Origin: Phycisphaerae bacterium
Lineage (GTDB): Bacteria > Planctomycetota > Phycisphaerae > Phycisphaerales > SM1A02
Length of the DNA: 63,575 nucleotides
Reading direction: 5' to 3'
Assembly: GCA_002700845.1 (NCBI GenBank)
Contig: PAFA01000062.1
Coordinates: forward strand, 1 to 63,575
Shown here: one piece after another, positions 50,323 to 59,557 of the stretch
Layout: every line of letters begins with the position of its first letter
How positions within the stretch are numbered: position 1 is the first letter of the stretch
Position numbers and translations under genes: made by a program
The notes under the pieces: generated by a model
The model's database searches: none
Told to the model about the DNA's origin: nothing
The model's input: the letters and a program-made list of their open reading frames with translations, nothing else

Positions 50323-52737
50323 ATGCCAAGGTCCCTATGTATGTGTTTCGTCGTTTGGGCTTGTTTGGGAGCTTCAGCTCACGGGCAGTCCTCATCAGAA
50401 GCGTTGGGGGACCTGTTGATCCGCCGGGCAAGGATGTTTGCCGCCATTCCACTGGCCTTACCAGCGGACCTTCAGTTGGCTCATTCGCTGGCCATTCGGG
50501 CCACAGAGTTGATCTCGAAAGATGCAGAAGCGTGGCGCTTGCGGCTTGATATTGCCAGGTTGCTCGAAGACGAGGAGGACATTAATCAGTCGCTCCGGCA
50601 GCTGGCCAACATCCGCCCTTCTGACGAAAGGATTCTTTTGGAGCGTTTGGATCTGGCCTTGTCAGATCGTCAAACCGTCGAGGATCGTCTTGCGGGGCTG
50701 GATCTGGTGTTGGCAGAGCCTTTGCCCAAGCCCTTGGAGGCCAGACTCTGGTGGCGGCGAGCATTGCTTCGGCAAGGTCGGGGCGATCAAGATTGGCGGC
50801 AAGACGCTGCTGCTTCGGTTATCGCGGATCCATCATTTTCCGCCCCTTTGGCAGCATTGGTGATGCCGACACTTGCGCGTGAGAACGCGGACCCAGCCGA
50901 GGTTATCGAGGCGTTGGCCGCTCTGGCCGCGGCCTCTCCCTCAGATGGTGACGTGGCGGCAAGATTGGGTCGTCGACTGCTTCGATATGGGGCTTATGCA
51001 GATGCAAGAGCTGCGTTGGTTGCGGCCGTGGAATCATCTGATCGGATCGATCGGTCGAGCCCTCCAGCCTTGTTGGCTGACCTTTTGCTCTCCATTTTGG
51101 CTGAAGATGGACCCGGGGCGGTTCGGACAGAATTGGCCGCTCGTGTGATGCCCTTGAAGCAAGCGATGCGGATGCAATTGATGTCAGGTGCAACAAGTTC
51201 TGAGGATTACCAGCAGCCCGTACCGGATCCATTTTTGGGGGTTACGAGTTCTCGAGTGAGTCCAGATATTGCGCTGCTCTTGAGTGCAGCGGCTTATCTT
51301 GAGGGCTCGGATGCTCCGGCGGAGCCAGTGCGTCGTCTTTTGCGTTTGTTTACTGACGGGCCTACTGATCTTGAGACTCGGTCCCAAACCTCATTGGCTT
51401 TGATTGAGCCATTTGAACCCGAAAAAATCGATGCTTTTCGGCTGCGGGCAAGTTGGTGGACTTTGGCTTTTGGTGGTGATCCGTCAGAAGCTCAGAGTGA
51501 TCTTGATGCAATGACGACCGAAGGCACCGTGTCCGAGCAAGATCAAGCCGTGTTCGACGGCTGGTTTGCACTCCGCGCGGGTGACTTTGGGAAAGCCGAG
51601 GAGCGTCTCAGTACTCGCTTGGATGATCCACGAGCCAGATTGGGTTTGGCGAGGGTCGCCCTTCTCACCGATCGGTCCGAGATGATGGTGGACCATGCGG
51701 CTTTTGTGGCTCGCAGTATTCCGGACAGTGTGATTGGGGTGGTTGCGGTGCGGATGCTCTCGGAGCATTTTGGTCGTCCGGTGCGTCCAGGCAAGCATGC
51801 ACTGGTGGCGGCGGCGGCGGCGGGGGACGTGCCTGAACACCTTCAAGAACTTCATTTGTATCCCGAGCGTGTGCTTCAGATTCGATTTGTGCCTCAAGAC
51901 ACCATTGGTCAACCATTTGCCCGATTTGGTTTGACTCTTGAGATCAAAAACATTGGTTCCCTTGCTGTGCCCTTGGGGGAGGGCGGGCTTTCTGAATTCT
52001 TGGCCATTGAGATTGAATCTGATCTCAGCCGGCGTGGCATGGTGCGACATGGGCGTCCAGCGAGCATGCGGCTGGAAGGTCCCCTGGTGTTGTCCCCCGG
52101 AGAAAAGCATCTGCAGAACATTGAACTGCGGAGACTGCCGGTTTCAACAGACATTGATCGAGCTGCGGTGTTGGGCATTGCCATGGAGTTGCAGGCGGTC
52201 ACCCAGCCGATCGGCTTACCGGTAGCTTCGGGGCCATATCCGATGGTGAAGCCCGGACCAATCGGCTCACTTGTTTCATCGGGCACCTTTCGATTTCCTG
52301 GATCCTTGTTGAACAAGGATGTGATCCGTGAACTTCGGTTGAAGGTTGAGCAATCCGACGAGAAGGTGCCACTGCCCATGTTGGCAGCACTCGGGCAATA
52401 TGTGGCCCCAGGGTTGGATGGCGTGGCGACCGAGGATGTTGGCGCAGAGATTGTTCTGGCCCGAGAGGTTTTCCTTGCGATCTATGCCACGCTCGATGCT
52501 GAATCAAGAGCGTTCATGGCTGGGGTTCTGCCTGGAGGTCAACTCCCAGCCTCCCTTGCAGCCGAGATGGCTGATGATCCAGATCCGTGGGTTCGCATTG
52601 TGTTTCTACTCAATCACGTTTCGGATGAGTTTGATCCATCATTGGATCGAGCCAGAACAGATCCTGACCCAATCGTTCAGCTAACGGCTGAGGTGGTTGA
52701 CGGCATGATTGACTTGATTCGTAAGATTGAGGGTTGA
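50323..52737 (+). CDS. secreted TPR-like hypothetical protein
   Basis: Signal peptide (ASAHG|Q), TPR-like helices (AEAWRL, ARLGLAR), a beta-rich segment and a HEAT-like end. Confidence 0.7.
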   Translation: MPRSLCMCFVVWACLGASAHGQSSSEALGDLLIRRARMFAAIPLALPADLQLAHSLAIRATELISKDAEAWRLRLDIARLLEDEEDINQSLRQLANIRPSDERILLERLDLALSDRQTVEDRLAGLDLVLAEPLPKPLEARLWWRRALLRQGRGDQDWRQDAAASVIADPSFSAPLAALVMPTLARENADPAEVIEALAALAAASPSDGDVAARLGRRLLRYGAYADARAALVAAVESSDRIDRSSPPALLADLLLSILAEDGPGAVRTELAARVMPLKQAMRMQLMSGATSSEDYQQPVPDPFLGVTSSRVSPDIALLLSAAAYLEGSDAPAEPVRRLLRLFTDGPTDLETRSQTSLALIEPFEPEKIDAFRLRASWWTLAFGGDPSEAQSDLDAMTTEGTVSEQDQAVFDGWFALRAGDFGKAEERLSTRLDDPRARLGLARVALLTDRSEMMVDHAAFVARSIPDSVIGVVAVRMLSEHFGRPVRPGKHALVAAAAAGDVPEHLQELHLYPERVLQIRFVPQDTIGQPFARFGLTLEIKNIGSLAVPLGEGGLSEFLAIEIESDLSRRGMVRHGRPASMRLEGPLVLSPGEKHLQNIELRRLPVSTDIDRAAVLGIAMELQAVTQPIGLPVASGPYPMVKPGPIGSLVSSGTFRFPGSLLNKDVIRELRLKVEQSDEKVPLPMLAALGQYVAPGLDGVATEDVGAEIVLAREVFLAIYATLDAESRAFMAGVLPGGQLPASLAAEMADDPDPWVRIVFLLNHVSDEFDPSLDRARTDPDPIVQLTAEVVDGMIDLIRKIEG

Positions 52738-53277
52738 TTAGGGATCAACAACCCCGAGATCAGCAACAGAAAAAAGGGACTCAAAGTTCAGCCCTGCCGA
52801 CTCGATGTTTTCTCGAGCGCCTTCTTCGCGGTTGATCACGCTGATGACCCCGGTCACTTGGGCTCCAGCTTTTTGCAAAACTTCCACCGCCTCGAGTGCT
52901 TGGCCGCCGGTAGTGGCGACGTCTTCTAAAAACACAAGCTTCTCACCAGCTTGCAGTTCGCCTTCGATGCGTTGCCCTGTTCCGTAGGCCTTCCGCTCAC
53001 CGCGTACAAAGAGCGATGGCAGTCCGGTGGCCAATGATGCTGCCGCGACCAGCGGGATTCCGCCGAGTTCTGCGCCGGCGAGTCGTTGGGTCCCTTCCGG
53101 AATTCTTTCGCGGAACATCTCGGCCAATGGCTTCAGTATTTCGGGCTTGGTGGAGAACCGATATTTATCCAAGTAGTAGTGACTTGTTCTTCCGGAGCGA
53201 AGTGTGAATTCACCCCGCAATAGAGAGGCGTCGGCGATGAGTCGGGCAAGGTCTTCGAAGCTGGGCATGGATGACAT
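52738..53277 (-). CDS. pyrE: orotate phosphoribosyltransferase
   Basis: GEFTLRSGRTSHYYLD, ELGGIP, RKAYGT, LEDVATTGG. Confidence 0.95.
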   Translation of the reverse strand: MSSMPSFEDLARLIADASLLRGEFTLRSGRTSHYYLDKYRFSTKPEILKPLAEMFRERIPEGTQRLAGAELGGIPLVAAASLATGLPSLFVRGERKAYGTGQRIEGELQAGEKLVFLEDVATTGGQALEAVEVLQKAGAQVTGVISVINREEGARENIESAGLNFESLFSVADLGVVDP

Positions 53278-53337
53278 ATTGAATGGAATCATACGACCCA
53301 GACACTTTTGAGTCGTGTGCCGGATAGCATTCGGATC

Positions 53338-54552
53338 GTGGTCGCCGTTTGCTTTTATTTTCAAGTGCACCAACCCTTCCGCTTGCGGAATTATTCGGTG
53401 TTTGCCAACGATCCGTTCTACTTCGATAACGAGGCCAACGAGGCGATTCTCCGCAAGGTTGCGGACAAGTGCTATCGGCCCGCCACTCGTTTGTTGCTGG
53501 ATTTGGTCCGTCGTCACGAAGGACGATTTCGTATTTCATTCGCAATCACCGGCACGGCATTGGAGCAGTTTTCACGCTGGACCCCCGATCTTGTTGATCT
53601 GTGGCGTGAACTTGCGGAAACAGGTGCCTGCGACTTTTTGGCAGAGACAAGCCATCACTCACTTTCGTTCCTTTACGACCAAGATGAGTTTCAGGCTCAA
53701 GTTGATGGGCATGTCGCGTTGATGCAGTCAACCTTTGGCTTCACCCCCACGGTCTTTCGAAATACCGAACTGACCTATGACAACCGACTTGCCAAATGGC
53801 TAAAAGACGATGGTCGTTTTCGTGGCGTGTGCTGTGAGGGCGTGGACCGCTTGTTGGGTGACGGGCGCAGTCCAAACTATGCCTACGGGCCGCCCGGAAC
53901 GCTTGCGGCTGGATCCACAACTCCCCTCAAAGTTCTTCTTAAGAATTATCGTCTGAGTGATGACGTGGCGTTCCGATTTTCCGATCGGGCATGGTCCGAA
54001 TGGCCACTTCAGGCCAATACTTTTGCGGGGTGGTTGGATCGTATTAACGGTGATGGGCATCTTTGCAATCTCTTTATGGACTACGAAACATTCGGCGAGC
54101 ACCAATGGGCTGAGACGGGAATTTTCCCATTCCTCGAGAAGTTGCCCGAGGCTATTTTTGACGTAAATCCCGGTCAAAATGAGTTTGTGACCTGTACCGA
54201 AGCGGTCGATCGATTCCCGGCGGTTGGAGATTGGGACGCCCCCGAAATGATTTCCTGGGCCGACTCAGAACGTGATCTCACGGCTTGGTTGGGCAACCCG
54301 ATGCAGCGTAATGCGGGACAGGAGTTGTACCGACTCCGCCCAACCATTCTGAATCGCCATGAAGCTGGGGACGAGCACATTCTGGAGGACTGGCGCAAGT
54401 TGACCACCAGTGATCATTTGTATTACATGTGCACCAAGTACTGGGCCGACGGCGATGTGCATAAATACTTCAGCCCGTACGACTCACCATACGACGCTTA
54501 CATCACTTTCATGAATGTGCTTGATGCACTGAAGCGACGTGCACAGTCATGA
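53338..54552 (+). CDS. glycoside hydrolase family 57 (alpha-amylase-like)
   Basis: FQVHQP, AETSHH, FRNTE (nucleophile), FMDYETFGEH (acid/base), SWAD.ERD, TSDH.YYM. Confidence 0.93.
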   Translation: MVAVCFYFQVHQPFRLRNYSVFANDPFYFDNEANEAILRKVADKCYRPATRLLLDLVRRHEGRFRISFAITGTALEQFSRWTPDLVDLWRELAETGACDFLAETSHHSLSFLYDQDEFQAQVDGHVALMQSTFGFTPTVFRNTELTYDNRLAKWLKDDGRFRGVCCEGVDRLLGDGRSPNYAYGPPGTLAAGSTTPLKVLLKNYRLSDDVAFRFSDRAWSEWPLQANTFAGWLDRINGDGHLCNLFMDYETFGEHQWAETGIFPFLEKLPEAIFDVNPGQNEFVTCTEAVDRFPAVGDWDAPEMISWADSERDLTAWLGNPMQRNAGQELYRLRPTILNRHEAGDEHILEDWRKLTTSDHLYYMCTKYWADGDVHKYFSPYDSPYDAYITFMNVLDALKRRAQS

Positions 54553-55566
54553 CGGCACGTTGGCGGTCTCTATTTCCAAGCGGATGGGCTTGGAAATGGC
54601 GTCGTAGTCATCAGTCAGCCGGATGGGCAGAATTCGCTGGGCTTCGGCGCCACCCTGTCGCATGCGAAGCTTCATCGTGACCTCGCTGGCGAGCAAGTCA
54701 TTTGGCAGCTGGCAGGGTAGCGCGACAAAGAAATCACGGATTGGTCGGCGACTGGCGTCATCCAGACGGAACCAGTCTTCTTCATGCAGCAGGCGGCCTT
54801 TGGGGTCAAACACTTCGATGCGTGCCTCAAAGCCGTAGGTATAGGCGTTTTCTGCTTTGATGTGCTGAAATCGATCCAGCTCGGCGTACAACACAAAGGT
54901 TGGATTCGGCCGGTACAGCATGACTGGATCGGCAGGCAGGAGAGGTTCGTACCGTCCGAAGTCTTCGACACTCCCGCACGCCAAAAGGGTCGGAATCTGC
55001 AATGCTGAGTGCTCATCCAACCGGTCGGCCAGGACCCGAGCCGCGCGGGCGGTGGCTTCGGAATCATTGGGGTCCAACTCGCGGAGGAAGCGAGCAAACA
55101 ACTCAATCCATTCTCGATCTCGAGTTTCCAGGTTTGCCAGCAATTCGGGATCCGGTCGAGCCATGGGGTCTTCGATCAGATGTTGTGCAATATTTGCCAT
55201 GACCTCCCGAGGTGTTTCTGGTTTGGCTATGGCGGGCGTTGCGTTTTCGGGTATTCCGGCGAGCAACCGTTGGACAGGATCAATAGTTACAGAAGCGGTT
55301 TGAGATTGAGCGGCCGGTGTGTTCTTTGCGGCTGCAATAGGCGGCACAACCGAAGCGATGTCCGTTTGATCTTTGGTGTTGCTCGGTGGCGATTCAGCCC
55401 GCATCAACGCATCCCGAAGGGCAGGATCAATCTTCACCATCGGGGTCACCTGTTGGGGCGATTGCGTCTCGCTGGTTGTCGTGGAGTCGTTCACCGAAGC
55501 CACACTGGCGGCCATGTTGCACGCAGGCAACAAACCAAAGAGAAACAGCAGTGGATATCGGGACAT
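54547..55566 (-). CDS. lipoprotein, hypothetical (low-complexity linker plus Ig-like C-terminal domain)
   Basis: Lipobox LPAC; GGAAGG RBS; beta-rich C-terminus. Confidence 0.7.
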   Translation of the reverse strand: MSRYPLLFLFGLLPACNMAASVASVNDSTTTSETQSPQQVTPMVKIDPALRDALMRAESPPSNTKDQTDIASVVPPIAAAKNTPAAQSQTASVTIDPVQRLLAGIPENATPAIAKPETPREVMANIAQHLIEDPMARPDPELLANLETRDREWIELFARFLRELDPNDSEATARAARVLADRLDEHSALQIPTLLACGSVEDFGRYEPLLPADPVMLYRPNPTFVLYAELDRFQHIKAENAYTYGFEARIEVFDPKGRLLHEEDWFRLDDASRRPIRDFFVALPCQLPNDLLASEVTMKLRMRQGGAEAQRILPIRLTDDYDAISKPIRLEIETANVPS

Positions 55567-55616
55567 GGCACCTTCCTTGGCAATGGCAATCCCCATCCTT
55601 GGGGGCCAAGGGCAGT

Positions 55617-56675
55617 CTACCCAGCGCAAGCCAAGGTGAGCCGAATTGCCAAAGTCTCTAGGGCCCGCCGCTCGTCACCGAGACCCTGACGGGGGGCAAG
55701 TTGTGCATCTAAGGCTTCTCGGTGTAGTCGGGCGGCGACCGAGGGGTCGATACGAGCCCCTACGTTCAATGTTGGTCCCTGCGCGGGTCCCCATAATTTG
55801 AGAGGCCGACTGAGCGACCATGGGTCGACACCCCGTTCTGCATTTATGGAGAGCGTGGCCAGCTTTCGTGCGAGATCAATGAGGCACCAAAACGCCGGGA
55901 CGGTTGATTTTCGTCCAATATCGAGCACTTCGTGCAGGACGCGAGAGGTGTGTTCTGGGTTTCCAGAAAGTACGGCTTCTTGCAAAGCCCACACTTCGTC
56001 GCTGGTCGATTTCGCGACCAGTTGATCCACCAGCGTGGCGTCAATATGTTCTTCGGCGGCGCTGGCAAGCTTTCGGAGTTCGGAATCCAGTTGGGTGAGA
56101 TCGGGGCCGACCCGCATCATCAGCAGTTGCTTTGCATCGGTCGCGATACGCCGATTGTGGTCTCGTGCGAGCCGATCAATCCAATTCGGAATTTCCCCTT
56201 CGTCGGGGGGTTTGCAGTTCACAATGGCCCCGCCTCGTTCGCTTATGACGCGATCGAGGCGACCAGGCCTCCAGTCATCCGCTTGCAGGATGAGGGTGGC
56301 GTTTGGAAAAGGAGAGTCCAGAGCCTCTTCCAAAATCTGACGTGGGGTGCGGGCCTTTTTGCCTTGGCTTGCTACAGACTGATCCTCCGCATCATCTTTT
56401 TCTTTGATGAGGTCCTCGGTGCCCTCAATGATCACCATCGTGTGGGGGGCCAAAAGACTTGGGGTGCGAATGGCATCCAGTACGTCTGCGAGCGGAGTGC
56501 GGTCGCCTCGGTGCCTTTCCACGGCCACGCCTTCCGGTCCATGCTGTTCCAAAAGGGCGTTTTCGAGGGTTTGGATCGCCAATTGCTGCAGAAGCCGTTC
56601 TGTCCCCTTGAGGACCACCACTGGTTCATGTCCTTGAAGCCCCTCAGGATTTGTCTCGGCAGCTTTTTTGGCCAT
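55617..56675 (-). CDS. holA: DNA polymerase III subunit delta
   Basis: [45 protein letters not shown]. Confidence 0.8.
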   Translation of the reverse strand: MAKKAAETNPEGLQGHEPVVVLKGTERLLQQLAIQTLENALLEQHGPEGVAVERHRGDRTPLADVLDAIRTPSLLAPHTMVIIEGTEDLIKEKDDAEDQSVASQGKKARTPRQILEEALDSPFPNATLILQADDWRPGRLDRVISERGGAIVNCKPPDEGEIPNWIDRLARDHNRRIATDAKQLLMMRVGPDLTQLDSELRKLASAAEEHIDATLVDQLVAKSTSDEVWALQEAVLSGNPEHTSRVLHEVLDIGRKSTVPAFWCLIDLARKLATLSINAERGVDPWSLSRPLKLWGPAQGPTLNVGARIDPSVAARLHREALDAQLAPRQGLGDERRALETLAIRLTLACAG

Positions 56676-56729
56676 GCGGATCAGCGTAGCGGCGGAAGGA
56701 ATGGCTGGGGGGGTATCATGGTTTCCCTT

Positions 56730-57689
56730 ATGGCAATCCTCATTGACGGCTCTACGAAAGTTCTCTGCCAAGGTATCACCGGTTCTGCTGGGGCCTTTCA
56801 CACCAAAGGGTGTCTTGACTACGGGACCCAAATGGTCGGAGGCGTGACTCCCGGCAAGGGAGGTCAAAAAGATGCCAACGGCCTTCCAATCTATGACACC
56901 GTTGCGGATGCAGTAGAAGGCACGGGAGCCACAGCCTCCATGCTTTTTGTCCCCCCACCATTTGCTGCTGACGGCATCTTGGAAGCCGCCGCCGCTGGTG
57001 TTGAAGTGATATGTGCGATCACCGAAGGCATTCCGGTCGCGGACATGGTGCGAACGCGAGAGGTTCTGGATCGTGATCATCCTGGAGTCGTTCTCATTGG
57101 CCCCAACTGCCCAGGAGTCATTACCCCCGGCAAGCGGATCACTGGGGATGGGCCGGACGCGACCTTTGAAGGTGGATGCAAGATTGGCATCATGCCTGGT
57201 TACATTCATACCCATCGTGCCGATGCGGCAAGCGGAAAAGCTGTCGGCATCGTGTCTCGATCAGGAACGTTGACTTACGAAGCGGTCTGGCAATGCTCTG
57301 ATCGTGGTATTGGTCAATCGACCTGTGTTGGTATTGGTGGTGATCCGGTGAAAGGTATGAATTTCATTGACTGCCTTGAAAGATTTGAGGCTGATCCAGA
57401 AACCGACGGCGTGGTCATGATTGGCGAGATCGGCGGAACCGATGAAGTTGATGCCGGCCGATGGGCCGCACAGCACATGACCAAGCCCGTGGTTGGATTT
57501 ATTGCTGGTCGTACGGCCCCCAAGGGCAAGCGAATGGGCCATGCTGGGGCGATAATTGGTGGCGCCGATGACACGGCCGACGCCAAGATTGCGGCTCTTC
57601 GTGAGGCAGGACTGCAAGTTTCTGACTCTCCAGCTGGACTTGGGCACGCGATGGCCACCGCTTTGGGCTTAGCGGTCGAAGCTTCTTAA
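56730..57689 (+). CDS. sucD: succinyl-CoA synthetase alpha subunit
   Basis: [37 protein letters not shown]. Start trimmed to MAILID. Confidence 0.97.
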   Translation: MAILIDGSTKVLCQGITGSAGAFHTKGCLDYGTQMVGGVTPGKGGQKDANGLPIYDTVADAVEGTGATASMLFVPPPFAADGILEAAAAGVEVICAITEGIPVADMVRTREVLDRDHPGVVLIGPNCPGVITPGKRITGDGPDATFEGGCKIGIMPGYIHTHRADAASGKAVGIVSRSGTLTYEAVWQCSDRGIGQSTCVGIGGDPVKGMNFIDCLERFEADPETDGVVMIGEIGGTDEVDAGRWAAQHMTKPVVGFIAGRTAPKGKRMGHAGAIIGGADDTADAKIAALREAGLQVSDSPAGLGHAMATALGLAVEAS

Positions 57690-57754
57690 ACGAATTTCCT
57701 TCATCAGGACCGGCATGAGCGCTATCGTGGTTGACGTACCAGGAGTCTTTTTCC

Positions 57755-58264
57755 ATGCGACTATCTTCTTTCATTCTTGCTGCATCCATTGCTGTCCCTG
57801 CGACTTCAGAGACCATCGTCATCACCCAAAATGGCTTTGACTACTCACCGTTTGAAGCATCGGTGCAGGTAGGGGATACCGTTCGCTGGGAATGGTCCAA
57901 TGGCACTCACGATGTGACTTCCGGCGCAGATTGCTCAGAAGATGGACTCTTCTTCGGTTTGCTCCGCACTTCGAACCCCGTCTTTGAATACGTTGTCGAA
58001 GAATCGCTTGCCGGTCAAACGGTGGAGTACCACTGTAGTGTTGGGAACCACTGTGGCTTTGGCATGTTGGCCTACTTGATTGTGGGTGATGTGAATGAAC
58101 CATGCCCTGGTGATGTGAATGGCGACCAAGCTGTGACGTTTAATGATCTCTTGGAAATCCTGGCATCCTGGGGCAGTGATGACGCTGCTAAGGATGTTGA
58201 TGGCAGTGGAACAGTGGATTTCGGTGATCTGTTGGGCACCCTCGCCAACTGGGGCCCTTGCTGA
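57755..58264 (+). CDS. secreted cupredoxin (type-1 blue copper) with C-terminal dockerin-like domain
   Basis: Signal peptide; VGDTVRW, H(DVT), YHCSVGNHCGFGM ligand set; tail CPGDVNGD…DVDGSGTVDFGDL…WGPC. Confidence 0.85.
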   Translation: MRLSSFILAASIAVPATSETIVITQNGFDYSPFEASVQVGDTVRWEWSNGTHDVTSGADCSEDGLFFGLLRTSNPVFEYVVEESLAGQTVEYHCSVGNHCGFGMLAYLIVGDVNEPCPGDVNGDQAVTFNDLLEILASWGSDDAAKDVDGSGTVDFGDLLGTLANWGPC

Positions 58265-58293
58265 TTTCAGCCCGAGCGATCAACTTGAAACAC

Positions 58294-58326
58294 AAATCGC
58301 GGAGCCAAAAGGCTCCGCGATTTCTT
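58294..58326. terminator. bidirectional terminator-like hairpin between convergent genes
   Basis: AAATCGCGGAGCC-AAAA-GGCTCCGCGATTT. Confidence 0.75.
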
Positions 58327-58344
58327 AGAGAACTGTGATCTTTT

Positions 58345-59421
58345 TTATTCGCGGCAGGATCCCCAGCGAGACAGGATTCGGAGCGCGTCTCCCATGCCGA
58401 CGGCGCCATCACCGTCGAGGTCAGCTTCTAAATTGCCACTGTCGAACACCGCAAGCAAGGCAATGAGGTCTTGGAATCCCACGACACCGTCTCCGTCGAG
58501 ATCCTCTGGGCAATTGGCTTCTGGGCCATCCACCCAGGCCAACCCTCGAAGGTTCGTGGACAGTGGTAGGTGTCGAATGCCCTGCAAGCTCACAAAGTTT
58601 GCGTGGAACTTGGCGATTCTCAGACGATCGGGATCCAATCCCCATACCGAAGTGTCATTTTTGGCCAGATCTTGAATGCCATCAATGGTCCAAAGCCCAT
58701 CCCAGGTGTCGATGTGATTCCATGTGCCAGGCGCAACCGAAGTCTCCCAAAAGGACAAATGCATTCGGGGGACGCTGCAGGCGCCCACCAAGCGTGTGTC
58801 GTCATGAACAAGAACTCTGGCATCTGGTTGTGTCGCGACACCGTCAAGATCGATGGTGCGTCCAATCCGACCATTGGGAGCCAATTCGGAAAGTTGATCA
58901 AACCGGTCACCATCGGCGCGCCAAGCGATGCGTAGTCCTTCGGGCGAAGCGGCAAATCCTCCGGTGTAGGCTGGAGTGTCCCCGCCGATGGTTTGCAACA
59001 AACATTCGCTGACAACATTGCCGGTTCCAGGATCGAGTCGTCGCAAGACTTCCCAGCCCTCGATGCGGTCGATTGCAAACAGAACTGAGACGCCACCGGC
59101 GAGTCGTGGTGAAACCCAGTTGGTATTGGTGGGGCCAATCACTGTCACTGTTGCTTCACCAGGGGTGGTCTCATCCAGATGCACCAGATTTCCCGTCGCC
59201 AAATCGATGCTGTGGAATCCAACCTGAGGGTCGACCGGAGGCAGCGGTGGTTCGCTAGGCGGCGGCGGCGGCGGAGGTGGAGGTGGAGGTGGTCCGCCGT
59301 CTCCAGGATCGTTGTCAAAATCGGCCCACACGTTGCTTGGCAACGTCGAAGCCGCAAAGAGCGTGGACAGAATAGACAGCGCGGCGCCAAAAAGGCCCGA
59401 TCGCCAACGGTGCAACCGCAT
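58345..59421 (-). CDS. secreted polyproline / beta-rich protein with C-terminal dockerin-like domain
   Basis: Signal peptide, 12-Pro run, propeller-like strands (IDLATG, LDPGTG), tail CPEDLDGDG…DLDGDG…WGSC. Confidence 0.7.
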   Translation of the reverse strand: MRLHRWRSGLFGAALSILSTLFAASTLPSNVWADFDNDPGDGGPPPPPPPPPPPPSEPPLPPVDPQVGFHSIDLATGNLVHLDETTPGEATVTVIGPTNTNWVSPRLAGGVSVLFAIDRIEGWEVLRRLDPGTGNVVSECLLQTIGGDTPAYTGGFAASPEGLRIAWRADGDRFDQLSELAPNGRIGRTIDLDGVATQPDARVLVHDDTRLVGACSVPRMHLSFWETSVAPGTWNHIDTWDGLWTIDGIQDLAKNDTSVWGLDPDRLRIAKFHANFVSLQGIRHLPLSTNLRGLAWVDGPEANCPEDLDGDGVVGFQDLIALLAVFDSGNLEADLDGDGAVGMGDALRILSRWGSCRE

Positions 59422-59557
59422 GATGAGTCTCTCGCTTTCGTTTTCTGTCTCCACCAAGGAGACAACGAGAACGTGACCTCAAGACACGGCGGATCCAGTC
59501 TGAGTCGAGATTATGAAAGCGCCAGCGTGAGCGGTGTGCTTTGTGTCGGTTATGACG

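Noticed and set aside
55932-56729. Long N-terminal extension of the sucD ORF (585 aa) and the reciprocal extension of holA (532 aa)
   Set aside because: Each extension is just the antisense of the other gene; the recognisable proteins start at 56730 (+) and 56675 (-).
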